From the NCBI RefSeq assembly GCF_009914755.1, contig NC_060929.1: DNA of 64,000 nt, one strand, 5' to 3'. Source of the stretch: the human T2T-CHM13v2.0 reference genome, Homo sapiens. This document shows, piece after piece, positions 16,000 to 31,405 of the stretch. Position 1 is the stretch's first letter; the number at the start of each line of letters is the position of its first letter. Made by a program: the position numbers and the translations under genes. Below the pieces are notes generated by a model, which was not told where the DNA came from, made no database searches, and worked only from the letters and a program-made list of their open reading frames with translations.

Positions 16000-18377
16000 A
16001 TGACTCACATTTTTAAATGTATTTTTTATCAAAATAATAGTAATATCTATTTTAAAAATTAATGGGTTTATAAAATAAGACTCCGAATAAAAGCATATTC
16101 TCCTGTACCACACCCAGGTCCTGCTTCCTTGAAGAACTACATTCAATTCTTTTGGCTGTTTTGTTCCATATTAACCTCATATTTCTAAATTAAATGGTTT
16201 CTATGTGTGCATTTATTTAAACTTTATGTTATTTTTCTTCTAGTATTGTCCCACCATAGTTATATCATACTATTTAATTAAATTAATGTTTACTCACCTT
16301 TCCATTATCGCACATTTATTTTGTTTTTCTTAGAGTTGAAAATTGCGTCACTTTTCATAATAACGAAGCTATTTTTCTCTCTAATTATCACTAATTTATT
16401 TCACACTCTTCCATAGAACTGAAACACCTTTGAGTACTTTTTTCCACGTGGTAAACTGTATTAGATATTATATCAACTTCATTTTTTTAAAATCAGGAGA
16501 CACCTGATGTGGAGTCCTCCCAGACTAACTGTATGTAAAAGGGATCTTGTGCATGATTCCTGAGTGTGCGTTCATACAGGCTATGATGCGAGTGGCAGAC
16601 CCTAGCCCCACTGTGACCAAGCTGTGCAGTGCAGAAGACCTTCGCTTCCTCGTGCATCCTACCTAGTTGTTCCAAACTACACTAGTTGTTCTCTAAGCCT
16701 GATGCAGGACTGTTGTCAGGGGTCTTCCCTTATTCCCTTCATTTCTCTCTCTGTTCTATTTCCCATTTTCTGGATTTCATGCTTTCCTCTTTCTTGGTTC
16801 TCTGCTTCATTTCAGTGGAGCTCTTTTTTAGTAGGTACCCGGAAAACAAGCAAGGCATGAAAAGCTTTCAGGTTTGATGGTGTCTTTACTCTCATACCTG
16901 CTTGATTGGTTGGTTATAAAATTATAGTTCAAAATATTTTTCCTTAGACTTTTTAGGGCATTTCTCACTGTTACTGTTGAGAATTGCTATGTCATATTGT
17001 ATCATGGTCCTTTATGTATAATCATTTATTTTTATCTATAGAAGCTCTTTATACAAGGTATGTTGAAGTTTTATGTTAATGTGCCTTAGGGTAGGTCTTT
17101 TTCAGTTCACTGTGCTTGGTGCTTAAATAGCTTTTTCATGATGGTAACTAACTTCAGTTGTGGGAAATATTATTTCTTCCATAATTTTTGCTTCCATTAT
17201 TTTTCCATTTTACCAGGAACACTTATTAGGTAGATGTTGGGTGTCTTGTATTAGCCTTTATTTTTCTTATCCTTTTTCCCTGGAGAGTTTTCCAACTCTT
17301 GTCTCTTGATCTTTTTTTTTCTTTTTTTAACCTTCTTTAATAGAAGATTGACTCATATCTTTCAAACTTTCTATAGAAATTTGTATTTCAGCTATACTGT
17401 TTTAACATTTTTATGTGCTCTTTCTGTTCTTAGGACCCCATTTTAAAAAAATTTCAACCTTTTCTTGTTTTTTTGAATGAAGTAGCTTCTTTTATCTTTC
17501 AAATAATGTTTTTTACTGCATTACATTGTCTCTGTTTCTGCCAAGTTTCTTTTATCTGTTGTCTCTTTTCATGTTAGAGGGTTTTCTCAAATCTCTTTTG
17601 GTTCTCAGAAATCATTCAAATTTAAAAGTGAGGATTAAAAAACCGATTGGAAACTTTATGGTGTATGCATCAAGTGAGGTGTTATTTATAAAATGTGGGT
17701 ATAAGAGAGAACCAGATTCATTGTGGGTCCCCCTGAATGTCTTATTGACCTTTTCTCTGATCATTTCCTCCAGAGATTAATTCACTATACTGTTAGAGTG
17801 TCTGGCTGCTAGCATAATAAGAACTTAGGTGGGAGAGAAAATTGGAAACTCATTGTTTAGTACATAGGATTTAACTTTATTCTCCTGTAGTTCCTCCCTG
17901 CCATCCCCATGTTCTCAGCCTCTCTGGTCAATTTATTTAATGACTAAGGCTCTCCCTCTCTTTCCAGAGGGAGTAGTTTGGTTGTCTGGAGTAGGCATCT
18001 CGGCCTGAGAAGAGGGATTGTCTAACTAGTGCTAATATATACTTCTGCTGTCAGCCCACTACTCACCAAATTCTCCACTTACAAAGGCTTTCTTGAGGCT
18101 GTTCAGAATTCTGTAGCATAAACTGGCTTCATCTCACTGGTGTGCCCCACTGAATGGGCCAACATTTTAGTTGTCTCCACACAATTAAGTATGTTACAAC
18201 TTATGCATTTCTTTTCCATCTCCTAACATTTGTGGATATCTCTTGCTCTCTGTTGTTTCATTTTATTTTCCTTGTGGTTTAAAACTCTATTATCTTGTTA
18301 CTGTCATTTTCATAGGGGTTCAGAAGGGAATAGACACAAATACATGTGTAAAATCTGCCATGTTTAACAGGAAATTC
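16000..18377 (-). mobile_element. Ancient L1M/HAL1-type LINE, 5'/ORF1 region (approximate bounds)
   Basis: T-rich antisense L1-like text (GTGCCTTAGGGTAGGTCTTTTTCAGTTCACTGTGCTTGG) ending AATCTGCCATGTTTAACAGGAAATTC. Confidence 0.55.
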
Positions 18378-19326
18378 TGTAATATAATTTTACATTTCAA
18401 AGAAATTGCCCTATTGAAAATATCTATGTTTATATATATTTGTGAATCCTATTTCTGTAGACTATTTCTGAGTCTTTATACAGAGGATGAAAACCTTTTT
18501 CCCAAAAATATAGGTTAAGAAAAAATATCTTAAAGATATGAAAGTGTTTGCCTCTAAGGAGTGGGTTTCAGTATCATAGCAAATAGGTGTGGAGAGGTGA
18601 ACAGGCAAATTACCATTCTTTTTCCACAAGCCTTTTCATTCTAACTAGACTTTTAAATTAAGTGTTTATATGACCTAATAAAATGAAAAATTAAAATACG
18701 CAAACAAAACCATAACTAAATGTAGGCTAGTGCTACCCACCCACCATTTAGTATTCCTTTCAATAATGTTCAACAATGAAGTTTAGGAAATCTCTTTGTT
18801 GTTGAGTAGACTCACTTGACTAATGAGCTAGCCAAGACCAGCCTGAATTATTAGTATTTGAATAAATTAATTAAGAAATTATGAGAAATTCCCCTCTGGC
18901 ATAAAGAACCATGGTAGATCAAATAGGAAAAAAGCATTTTGAAGTAGATTTTTTAAATTAAATTATTATTTTCCCTTCTTAATAAATATTACCACATTAT
19001 CCATGTTGCTCATGTCAAATATATAGGAGTCATTCTCAATTCCATTTTACTGCTTCATTCCTCATATCCAATCCATCAGCAGGAACCGTTGGTTATACCA
19101 AAAATATATCCAGATCTCTCTATTTCTCTTGACCATCATCTGACTCAAGCCACCATCTTCTCACTCCTGGACCACTGTAATGGCCACCTTACCATTTCCT
19201 GGCTTTTATATTTTCTCCCACTCATCCATTCTTTGAACATCAGTCAGAATGATCTTTTAAAAATGTGAGTCAGATTACATTACTCCCCTCTTCAAAACTC
19301 TCCAAAAACTCTCTGTTATGTTTAGA

Positions 19327-19973
<647 letters not shown>

Positions 19974-20320
19974 AAAAATATCATATTCTTATAATCTCCT
20001 ATAAGGCTTTGGCATGAGGCCCTGGACACTATTACCAACTTTATTTCCTAATACTTGTATTCTTCATCTTGTTCCAACCACACTGTCTTTCTTCTTCCTG
20101 CTCCTCCATCATACTGAGCTAATATAAAAGTTAGCTGTCCCCTCTGCCTACAATGTTGGTCTGTATATATTTGCACAACTATTCCTTGTTGATATTCCTA
20201 CAGATCAAATGCTGCTTCCTCAGAAAGACTTTAACTCCCTGTATGAGGCCATACCTCCAACTCTGGACTCTTTTACATCGTTCTATTTTATTTTCTTCAA
20301 AACGTTCACTTATCACCATG

Positions 20321-20554
20321 TGTTTTAGTCCCTTCAGGCTGCTATAACAAAACATCATAAACTGGGTGGCTTGTAAACAACTTATCTATGTGTCACAGTT
20401 CTGGAGGCTGGGAAGTCCACGATCAAGGTGCTGGTAGGTCTGATGTCTGGTGAGGGCCTGCTCCTGGGTGCATCCATGGTGCCTTCTCACTGTGTTCTTA
20501 TGTGGTGGAAGGGCTAGCTAGCTCTCTGGGGTCTCTTATAAGAGTACTAATCTC
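20321..20554 (-). mobile_element. MLT1A-like MaLR LTR, partial
   Basis: TGTTTTAGTCCCTTCAGGCTGCTATAACAAAA...TCACAGTTCTGGAGGCTGGGAAGTCCACGATCAAGGTG. Confidence 0.8.
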
Positions 20555-20555
20555 G

Positions 20556-20879
<324 letters not shown>

Positions 20880-21349
20880 CTATCCTACACTGGAATGCAA
20901 GCTTTGTGAGAATAAAAACCTTTAATCTTTTTTGCTCTGGCATCCTCAGCATCTAGAACTGTGTCAAGAATATATATCGAGCACTTAATAAATATTATTT
21001 TATCACATATGGAACATATGTGTTCTAGGATATATACACTGAACATGGGATACTGAGAATGAAGGGGAGCAGAAAAGTATTTTGGGAAAGAAATGGTTTA
21101 TCCAATGAAGGCAAGATTCTCCAGATGTAAAGCATAGACACCCAGTGTTCCAGCTGATTGCCCAGGACCCTTTCTGACCTCCTCCCATGGTTCCACCCAA
21201 ACTTCATCATGCTCTACAGACATCAAAAGATTAAACATAACTTGCAGATAATTTAGAGTGGCAATTTGGGTTTCAATACTGTTTGTATATACTTTAAAGT
21301 TTGATAATGAAGCTAAATTTTTCTTCCTGACAATACTTGATATCAATTA

Positions 21350-21530
21350 TTAAAGAATAACATTACTTTGTGCAGTATTTTTACTTATTTTATTAATAAA
21401 TCCACCCATTAACTCTGTGAGTTAGGACAAATGCTATCACCTACATTTTATGGGTGAATAAATGGAGATCAGAGAGGTTAAATGACTTGTTGAAGATAAG
21501 CAGTTTTTAGGTATTTTTACCCTAAAACTT
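21350..21530 (-). mobile_element. MIR fragment
   Basis: CATTTTATGGGTGAATAAATGGAGATCAGAGAGGTTAAATGACTTG. Confidence 0.65.
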
Positions 21531-22297
21531 CTGTTTTATTCTACATTCACAAAAAAAGCATAAGAAAGTGACTGAGGACAACTGTAACACTGAGTAACTC
21601 TTTTACAGGTATGGGTTGATAGACAAAAGACGTAATTTATATTTCCCTGATTATTTTCTGTGTTCTTTCCTTCATTGGAGAAAGTAGCAAGTTCTGCATT
21701 TTCTGCCTCAGGGAAGGCAGAAATTCAACATTGCCTGCCAGATGCCTCCTTTTCTAAAAACTGAAGCCCATTAATCAGATTATGCTAGGCTTTCTGAAGG
21801 GAGAGGAAAGAGGCTGCCTTTGAAAGAAATATGAATTGGGAGAGTGCATGCTTTCTCTCAGATTAAAAAGAGATTCTTGGAATATGGAAAGGAGTAGAAA
21901 TGTGTGAGCTCTTTAACCATGGGGCACTAATGCCCTTCTTCCTGTCTCATCCTGGGTTAGGTGGCAATACCTGAAAAGAAAATGGCTGTTTCTCAGTTTG
22001 CCAAAAAGCCTTGTGCTCCAAGCATAGTGTCAAAGCATGAGAACCACTGTAGCTGAATGGACCAAATGAATGCTACTTTGACCAAAATAAGTGTGAACTA
22101 AGAACTATTGACTTGACACGCTGTAGGACTCTGGCACCTGTGAAACATCCCGTGGTGGAAGGGATACCAGTGGGAGAATAATGATGCATGTTGAATTTCA
22201 TGCCCTTCTCTCTGAGAGACAAATTTATAGTCACAACTAATTTGATGGAAAGAACATGAAAAAATTTGGTAATACTTATACATCTGATATTGTGGAC

Positions 22298-22798
22298 TGT
22301 ATTAATATCCATTTATTGCTATAACCAATGGTGGCAAACTTAGTAGCTTTAAACAACGCAAATGCATTACTTACAGTGCTGGAGTTCAGTCCTAAAATCA
22401 AGGTGTTGGCAGGGCTGCATTCCTGCCGAAGGCTCTGGGGTAGACTCTGCTTTCCTGCCTTTTCTAGCTTCTAGAAGCTCCCTGAATTTCTTGGCTATTA
22501 GACCCTTCCTTCATCTTCAAAACCAACAGGGCAATATCATCAAATTTCTCTCTCTTTTTCCTTCTGTGACCTATTTTCACATCTTCCTCTCTCTGACTCT
22601 GCTGTCTCCCTCTTTCCCTTTAAAGAACTTTTTTGATTACATTGGATCCACCTGGATAATACAGTATGCCCTCCTTCCTCTTAAGATCCTTAACTTACAT
22701 CTTCAAAGTACCTGTCATAATATAAGGCAACATATTCAGAGGTTTTGGTTACTACATGGATAATGTTGGCAAGGCGGGGCACTAATCTACTTACCACA
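22298..22798 (-). mobile_element. MLT1C/D-like solo LTR
   Basis: TGTATTA...AAATCAAGGTGTTGGCAGGGCTGCATTCC...CTACTTACCACA. Confidence 0.8.
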
Positions 22799-22938
22799 TT
22801 AACTGAGAATAAATGTCATTTGGAGCAGAACATAATTTTAACTCTAGGAGGAGAGTACCAAAAACAGTCAAACAGATAAACAAGATAACGCATGCTGAAA
22901 TGTTTTATTACTTTTGATCATAAAAGAATCCCATGTTC

Positions 22939-23232
22939 GGCCGGGCACAGTGACTCACGCCTGACTCCCAGCACTTTGGGAGGCCGAGGCGGGCAGATCA
23001 TGAGGTCAGGAGATGGAGACCATCCTGGCTAACAAGGTGAAACCCTGTCTCTACTAAAAAATACAAAAAATTAGCCAGGCATGGTGGCGGGCAGCTGTAG
23101 TCCCAGCTACTCGGGAGGCTGAGGCAGGAGAATGGTGTGAACCAGGGAGGTGGAGCTCTCAGTGAGCTGAGATCACGCCACCGCACTCCAGCCTGGGTGA
23201 CAGAGCCAGACTCCGTCTCAAAAAAAAAAAAA
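22939..23232 (+). mobile_element. AluY with no clear TSD
   Basis: Full dimer with GACCATCCTGGCTAAC and GAGAATGGTGTGAAC. Confidence 0.93.
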
Positions 23233-23279
23233 GAGAGAGCTCCACAAAGTTGTTGGATATACTACAGGCATTTGAAAAA

Positions 23280-24190
<911 letters not shown>

Positions 24191-24638
24191 ACAACCAAAA
24201 TTTCATGAGCTTTAGCAGGCCCCTGCATTCTTTGAAAATTATGCAGAATAGCAAAATTGTGTCCACATGCATTTTTATAGAGTTTTACCAGTCTTTGAAG
24301 TGAATACGTGTCCTCAAAATTAATGACAAAAACCACTATTCTAGGCAAATTGTTGCTAAACTACATATGCATACAAACACATACATATGCACACCCTCAA
24401 CACAGCAGGAGAGAGGTGCTTAATTGATCTGTTCTGCAAATTCCAACATATCTGACACTTGGCTCTTCCATTGCTTCTTGACTTTCAGGCAGAATACATT
24501 TATAGCACTCTTCTCATGCAGAATGTGATTGGCTTTCTAAAGGTGTATCTGTTATGACAGTCCAGACGGAAGATGGAATTTCTTGGCTTTTGCACAAAAT
24601 CTATGCTAAACTTGTTTTCTCTAAGAATTAAAAATTAG

Positions 24639-24934
24639 GGCCGGGCGCGGTGGCTCACGCCTGTAATCCCCGCACTTTGGGAGGCCGAGGCAGACGGATC
24701 ACGAGGTCAGGAGATCGATACCATCCTGGCTAACATGGTGAAACCCCATCTCTACTAAAAATACAAAAAATTGGTGGCAGGCGCTGGTAGTCCCAGCTAC
24801 TCGGGAAGCTGAGGCAGGAGAATGGCGGGAACCCGGGAGACGGAGCTTGCAGTGAGCCTAGGTGGCGCCACTGCACTCCAGCCTGGGCGACAGAGCGAGA
24901 CTCCAACTCAAAAAAAAAAAAAAAAAAAAAAAAA
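24639..24934 (+). mobile_element. AluY with ~10-nt deletion at the start of the right arm
   Basis: TSD AAGAATTAAAAATTAG at 24623-24638 and 24935-24950. Confidence 0.95.
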
Positions 24935-25051
24935 AAGAATTAAAAATTAGGATTAGCTGAACTCGATAGCTTGAGTACTGTAGCTACCTCTGTGGAAGGG
25001 TCCTTGGGAAGAAATGGTTCTCAGGATTGTCTGGAATGAGCTTTATTCTCC

Positions 25052-25236
25052 AGGATTGTCAGATTTAGCAAATAAAAATACAGGAAGTCCAATTAAATTT
25101 GAATTTTTTTATGAAACTCCAAAAATGACTACTTTTTAGTATATTTTATAAAATATTTTTGACATGCTTATATTAAAAATTCATTTATCTAAAATTCAAA
25201 TTCAACTAAAGTGCCATAGTGTTTCTAGCAATGCTA
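25052..25236. mobile_element. MER53 palindromic hAT-type MITE
   Basis: AGGATTGTCAGATTTAGCAAATAAAAATACAGGAAGTCCAATTAAATTTGAATTT...AAATTCAAATTCAACT...TCTAGCAATGCT. Confidence 0.8.
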
Positions 25237-25571
25237 GTGCTGTTTAGTGTGAGGGTTCTATGTCCCACGTCTAAGTAGCTTGAGTAAGACAGAGGCATCC
25301 ATTCTATAAAGCATAAACGGGATTTTATTCAAATTGTTCATTGACACAGAAAATGTCTCAACTCTGGACTCCTAGATTAAATTTATTGCAGAAGACTAAA
25401 ACCTCTCATCCTTCATTAAGATTCGGAAAAAAAAGTCATACTTTAGTTCACCAAGATTACGAAAAGCATTCAAATCATTTAAAACTCTAATTTAAGTCAA
25501 GCTTCTAAAATACCAAGAATCATAGAATCACATACGGTCTTTGAGAATGCTTCTTCTCCCATGTTCATCTC

Positions 25572-26000
25572 TTGTAGGAAAACAGCCTATTGCATGGTAA
25601 AGGTGACACCATCTTGCAGCAAAACCACCATGATGACCAGCGTTTGACTCTTGCATACCAAGGTGTTCCTGTAGCATTGACATAAAGAAACAATGCTTAT
25701 AGTATAGATAACTCCTCATAAAGATGTTTCTCTAACATCCCCAGTGGTTACGAATCTTGCAAATAAGTCTGAGGCATGACCAGTTGCACATATCTTTACT
25801 ATAAAAGTTTGCTCTATAAAGGATACTTTCCGGAGAGTGGGTATGGGAATCCACTGTCTCTAGATAGGTCTGTCACTTCTGTTTGTAAATCCTTATTAAG
25901 CGTTTCTTTCTGAGAAACTGGGCTTGTCAGCCTCTTTGGCCTCTCAGCTTCCATTGCCTTTGGGAGTAGGTTTACATATACCTGCTCACTGAGGAATATA
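25572..26000 (+). mobile_element. Solo ERV LTR (LTR47-like)
   Basis: GGAAAACAGCCTATTGCATGG...CACCATCTTG...GCCTTTGGGAGTAGGTTTACATATACCTGCTCAC. Confidence 0.6.
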
Positions 26001-26013
26001 CCCCCAACCCCAT

Positions 26014-26742
26014 ATACCCACATAACCCACACACACATGCACACTATTATTACTAGCAAGTCCGCTGTTTGATTTTAAGTTTTATATTCCAAATACATCT
26101 TAGGTGTGCATTATGCAGAAAATCAGAGAATTAATAAGTAAAAATGAAGCTTACAAAAATCTGGTTAAAATTAAAATTTTCACCATACAATACATTTTGA
26201 GTACAATAAATTTAAGGTGTTTTCCAAATCTATGTTTCTGTGATCCATGGCATTTTAGAACATTGGCTCAAATTATGCTTGATAAGTGAATGGATTATTT
26301 TTGGCAATCTAGAGGGTCTATGCATAATTTTGTGTTTTAGAATCATCCATGAAATTAAACATAATAAATAATAAATAATCTTGCTCTTTTGAACTTAATT
26401 ATTATAGCAGTCCAGGGTGGGTGTGTTTTCTGGGCCAATGAGAAATATGTGTAATATGAAGTCTTAAATCTAGTAATTTCCATTTTGCAATTCAAAGAAA
26501 AAAATTTAAGGATGGGTGTTGTGGTAGGCAAAATAATAACTCCCCAAAGAGTTACTGTTGGGTCCTCACACATGGAACCTATAAATATATCATATTATAT
26601 GGCATATTATATATCATATTATATTAAGATGGCAGACACATCTTAGGCACACCTAAGATGTATTTGGAATATAAAACTTAAAATCAAACAACAGACTTGT
26701 TAGTAATAATAGTGTGCATGTGTATGTGGGTTGTGTGGGTAT
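26014..26742. repeat. 96-bp inverted repeat pair (26014-26109 and 26647-26742)
   Basis: Ungapped reverse-complement match with 5 mismatches. Confidence 0.95.
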
Positions 26743-27130
26743 CATATGGAAATTAAAGGTACAGATGGAATTAAGGTTGATAATCAGTTAACCTGCCACT
26801 AAAGATATTATCCTGGAATATCCAGTGAGCTCCATGTAATCACAAGAGCCCTATTGTAAGAGGAAAAGAGAAGAGGTGTTTAAAGATCCTATGTTGCTGG
26901 TTTTCAAGATGGATACCATAAGTCAAGAAATGCAGATGGTCTACAGGACTTGAAAAAGAAATGTTTTCCCTACTGCCTCCAAAAGGAATGCAACTCTGTT
27001 GAGATATTCATTTTAGCCCAGTGAAACCCTTCTTGGACTTCTGATCTGCAGAACTATAAGATAAGACATTTGTGTTGTTTTAAACCACTAAAAAATTTTC
27101 TAGTAATTTTTACAGCAGCAAATATGATAT
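26520..27130 (+). mobile_element. MLT1D/E-like solo LTR carrying a complex insertion
   Basis: TGTGGTAGGCAAAATAAT...CAGATGGAATTAAGGTTGATAATCAG...GTTGTTTTAAACCACTA...ACAGCAGCAA. Confidence 0.85.
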
Positions 27131-27224
27131 ATAGTCCATATAACACAAAGGATTTTCAGTGTTTAGGCTAAAGTGTCTCTCTTCAAAGATAATGTTCTGG
27201 ATTGCTATATTTAATTTTTAGCCA

Positions 27225-27420
27225 CCATTTATTTGGGCTGCTATATGTAAGTACCTTTCTAAGTGCTTTACATATTTCATTTCACTTCATTTTTTCCTCA
27301 GCCAATCAGGTCAGTTATTATTATGTCCCCTTTATAGATAAAGAGACTGATCCTAAAAGAGGTGAATTAATTTGTCTATCTTTGGAAAGTGAAATAGAGC
27401 TATCCGAGTCTAAAAAGATC
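27225..27420 (-). mobile_element. MIR fragment
   Basis: TTATGTCCCCTTTATAGATAAAGAGACTGA. Confidence 0.6.
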
Positions 27421-30400
27421 TTGAGTGTTAAATTATCCATCATCTTCATTAGTGCAAATAGCTGATATGTGATGTGGACATATTTAAAACAAGTAAGTTT
27501 TTTTGGAGGGAGAAGGTAAAATGTTCTTAAGAGTATGAAGATTAAAGAAGATAATAAGAGAATTTTGCATTAAGAAAAGTTTGCCTGTATCATTTATAAT
27601 TTTGTAATCTGGGTAGATTTCTAAAGAGACACTTTACCTGTTTCCTAGTGTGCTGGTACTGAGACATATATTTTAAATGAATTGAAAGTTGTACCCTTTC
27701 TAGCTTCATGCTAATGTTGGCATTTTGTTTTACATTTAAAAGAAGATTTTGATATTAATTCAAGTTATGACCTTAATTTGTGTTGGTTGTAATTTTGGTC
27801 CTGATAAAAACATGAGTCATGAACATGACCCTGGATGTAATATTGCTAAAAGAGAAATCGATGGATGATCTAAGTAATTCACAGCAACAGCTGTCATAGT
27901 GGCCTGAATAAGGCAAAACTTAATTTTGCTCAGACCTCACTATATGATCAGGGCTTGTTGATGAAACAAAAGATGAGGAATTTGCTTTATTACTTAATTT
28001 TGGAATTGTCCAATACCATATTTTTACTTTGTTTTATTTTATTAAAATTTATTTTGAAACAAAGAGGTACCATGAATCAAATACCTTCTATTCAATTCTT
28101 TGCTGTATCTCCTACTTAAATGTAATCTCCTTGAGAAGTGGGGTATGTTTCATTCTTTCTTTATTCCCAGACAAATAACATGGTGGACCCACAATAAATG
28201 ATAAATAAGTGTATTGTCATTATCAGGTAAATCGTGTGTTACTTGTAATTGATATTTCCAAAAGTGTTAAGATTTGGAGGAAAAATAGGAATTGACTGAA
28301 AACTAAGAAAAGCAGTAATTTTCTCTGATAGACATCTTTTTTCTCTTTTTAAATAGTGAATATAGCAGTATTTTAATTCTGTTTCTTGTACCATGTTGTA
28401 CTGTTTTGCATCTGATTTTTAATGGTCCTATCTTTACCAGAATGAATTTCAAGAACTGTTTGTCTTATAATTGTGAAGCCAAATGTTTTGTCCATTGCAC
28501 ATGAACGAAAATGTGGGCCAATTTGGCTCACCTTATTGAAAGGTCCTAGAGTGCAACTGGATTAATGGGCTATAAAACTGTCATCAGAATTCAACTTTCT
28601 CTCATCTCTTAGCTCTGCATTCTACTGTGTTGGCCTCATTTCTCCAGGAGTAACAAATTATTAGCATCACAAAACCAATTTTAGGGGGAAGGGGAACCTG
28701 AATTTTAGCTTTTAGACCTTTTGCCATAATTGGTCTAATGTGGATCTTGTGACCTCCCTCAACCAATCCTGTGATTGAGCAGTTGCAAAATTCTGATTGG
28801 CTAAGCATAAATTATGCATTTCATACCTGGAGATGGATTCAGTTTTACTAGATTAAAATAGAAAAATAGAATGAGAGTGGAATCATCATTATCACAGGAA
28901 GAGGGGTAGATGCTAGGCTGCCAAATCAACAAATAATCACTAGGTCTGATTTTTCTTGACCTTGCTTTATATCCAAAGTGTGAGGAAAACAGTCAACACT
29001 TGATTATTTTGACAAATGGCACTGGGCACTCTCTTTGCCTAGTTAGGTTGAGATGAATTTAGTGTCTCCTTTGAGGATTACGAAAGTGACTTGACCTTTG
29101 TAAGCGTTAAAGTAACACCACTGACATCAGCTCAGAGAAAACTAGTTCTCCACAATCAGGTAAAAATTTGCTGAACAATGCCTATTCTACAAGCAGATTG
29201 CAGTAAAAGATGACACACAGAAGAATTAAAGTAGCTGTTAATTTTAGATTCTTGCTAGTTTTAGTTACAAGAAAGAATTTAATTAACTTCAGTTTGGGTA
29301 GATAGCAGAATAGAACATCTGCTTTCTTAATCTAGAGGGAGTTAAAATCAAAGTTTTGAGCCGTTAAAATAGAAGGGTTGGGAATTCTGATTGAACTTTA
29401 TGGCAGATGAACAAGTGCCAAAATATTACTTTCCTAAAGCTGCCTAGATGACTAGCTTGAGTTGTTTTGGACTGTTTTAACAGCAGAGTGGGTTTGTTAT
29501 TAATCAGGTGAAACCCTAAACTCATCTTTATTTATAAATTCTATGCTATTTAAATTTATGTAGTAACCTTCTAAGAGAGAAGATTTGAGAAAGTTAAGTT
29601 TAGTAACTTAGATGAGCAAGTATATTTACTCACTGAGGTGAACTTTTCATCAATTTCTGTTAAATGGCAATGTGATTGGGATCCAAGAAAATGAATCTCG
29701 TTTACCACTCACATTCTCTTACTAATTGAAGTCAAATGAGTAAGAGTCATGCATTTACATTTGGTGCTCTGATGTGTATAGTTCTCTGGTTTGATTTCTA
29801 ATCCACAAAACTCATTGATGTGGCAATATGATGCACTGGGAGCTTAGCTAGGTAACAAAAACGGTGCACAATGCATAAGACACTCCTCTGAAATCCAGTT
29901 CAATGAAAGATAGTGTTTAAGGCTCCCTGAATGAATTACAGCATGGTAAGATACTGCTATAAAAGCAGCAAAACCATTAACATAGACAGTAGAGATGCTA
30001 GGCTGGAATGCTTTTATATGCCAATTTAATGTTTGCGATTATGCTGCACAGATTCAGTCCTTCATAAAACCATTTCTATGGTAACAGGGAAATGTAGAAA
30101 GCCCATAACATATAACTAGGACTTTCTAAAATTCTGACTAGTCTAAAGAATATGTTATCTTCTTTTAATGCACAAATTTCAGAAATTGAAAATTACTGAA
30201 TAACACATGAAGTAGAAGATCTGACATCTTACAGTTAAGCCTCCTGAAAGCCTTATTTGATAGCTTATTAAATGCATCTGGTATATTTAAAAGTAAGACT
30301 AGAGAGTGAAAAAAGAGTTGAATCTGTAAAATGCTTTAGTCCAAATAAGCTTTCAGCACTTTGGTGATAGTAAGGAAATGTAGCCAATCTTCCTGCTGGA

Positions 30401-31154
30401 ATTTACTGTTAGGATCTTTTACAGTTTCTGAATGGGATATTGTGAAGATGCAGCACAGAGATTTCAGGAACAAATAATCAGACAGAAGATAACCCACGGA
30501 AACTTTTAATAATCTGGTTGCCTTGTAAATGCTTTCTTCAGAAATTAACTTTGGGGACTTTGGCATTTATTTTCTCATAACAAGGGTGAATCGATTATTG
30601 AACGGTTGAAAGCACACAATACATATTGAGCTGTTCATGCGTAGCTGCTTTCTCCCAGCAGGCACCTTGCTGCCTGCAACATATTTTTAAATAGGATTAC
30701 TACTCATTAAATTACAATGACCTGGAGCACTGGCCAAATAAAATAAAAAATTGCCTTGACTCATTGTGGTTTGAAGCATTGCCATGGCCTCTCGGTGGCT
30801 TGCTTTCCCTAGTGGAAGTTGATCTGAAGGATATACATGAATGACTGCTTCAATGGCTAAAATTTAGTCAAGCAAACCCCCAAATTTTGTAACTATAACT
30901 GAAACTTAAACATGGCCAGAGTTTTATATCATAATTACATTTTGAAGGAGTCCTTATTAAACAATATATATTTTTAGTCAAAATGGCTTATATTTTGTGT
31001 AGCAATCTGTGGGCTACTCATCCAAAAGATTACACTTTAAATTAATTAAATGTTGCAATGCTGATGTGTACACAAACCTGTATTCTTTCTATGAAAATAG
31101 ACCATGTTTTTTAATTATACTATATAAAGCAATCTTTTATAAATCCATGAGAAT

Positions 31155-31405
31155 ACCTGTGTGCCTGAGGTGGGAGGATCACTTAAGGCCAGGAGTTCGA
31201 GATGAGCCTGAGCCATAGAGCAAGACCCCGTCTTTACAAAAAATAATTTAAAAATTAGTCAGGTGTTTTGGTGCATGCCTGTAGACCTAGCTATTCAGAA
31301 GGCTGAAGGTCACTTGAGCTCAGGAGATAGAGGCTTCAGAGAGCTATTGTCTTGCCATTGGACTCCAGCCTGGGTGACAAAGCAAGATCCTGTCTCAAAA
31401 AACAA
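31155..31405 (+). mobile_element. AluJ, 5'-truncated and diverged
   Basis: GGGAGGATCACTTAAGGCCAGGAG...GCAAGACCCCGTCT...GCAAGATCCTGTCTC. Confidence 0.88.

Noticed and set aside
30336-30566. 76-aa ATG-initiated ORF in unique DNA (MPKSPKL...)
   Set aside because: No recognisable domain or splice context; length expected by chance
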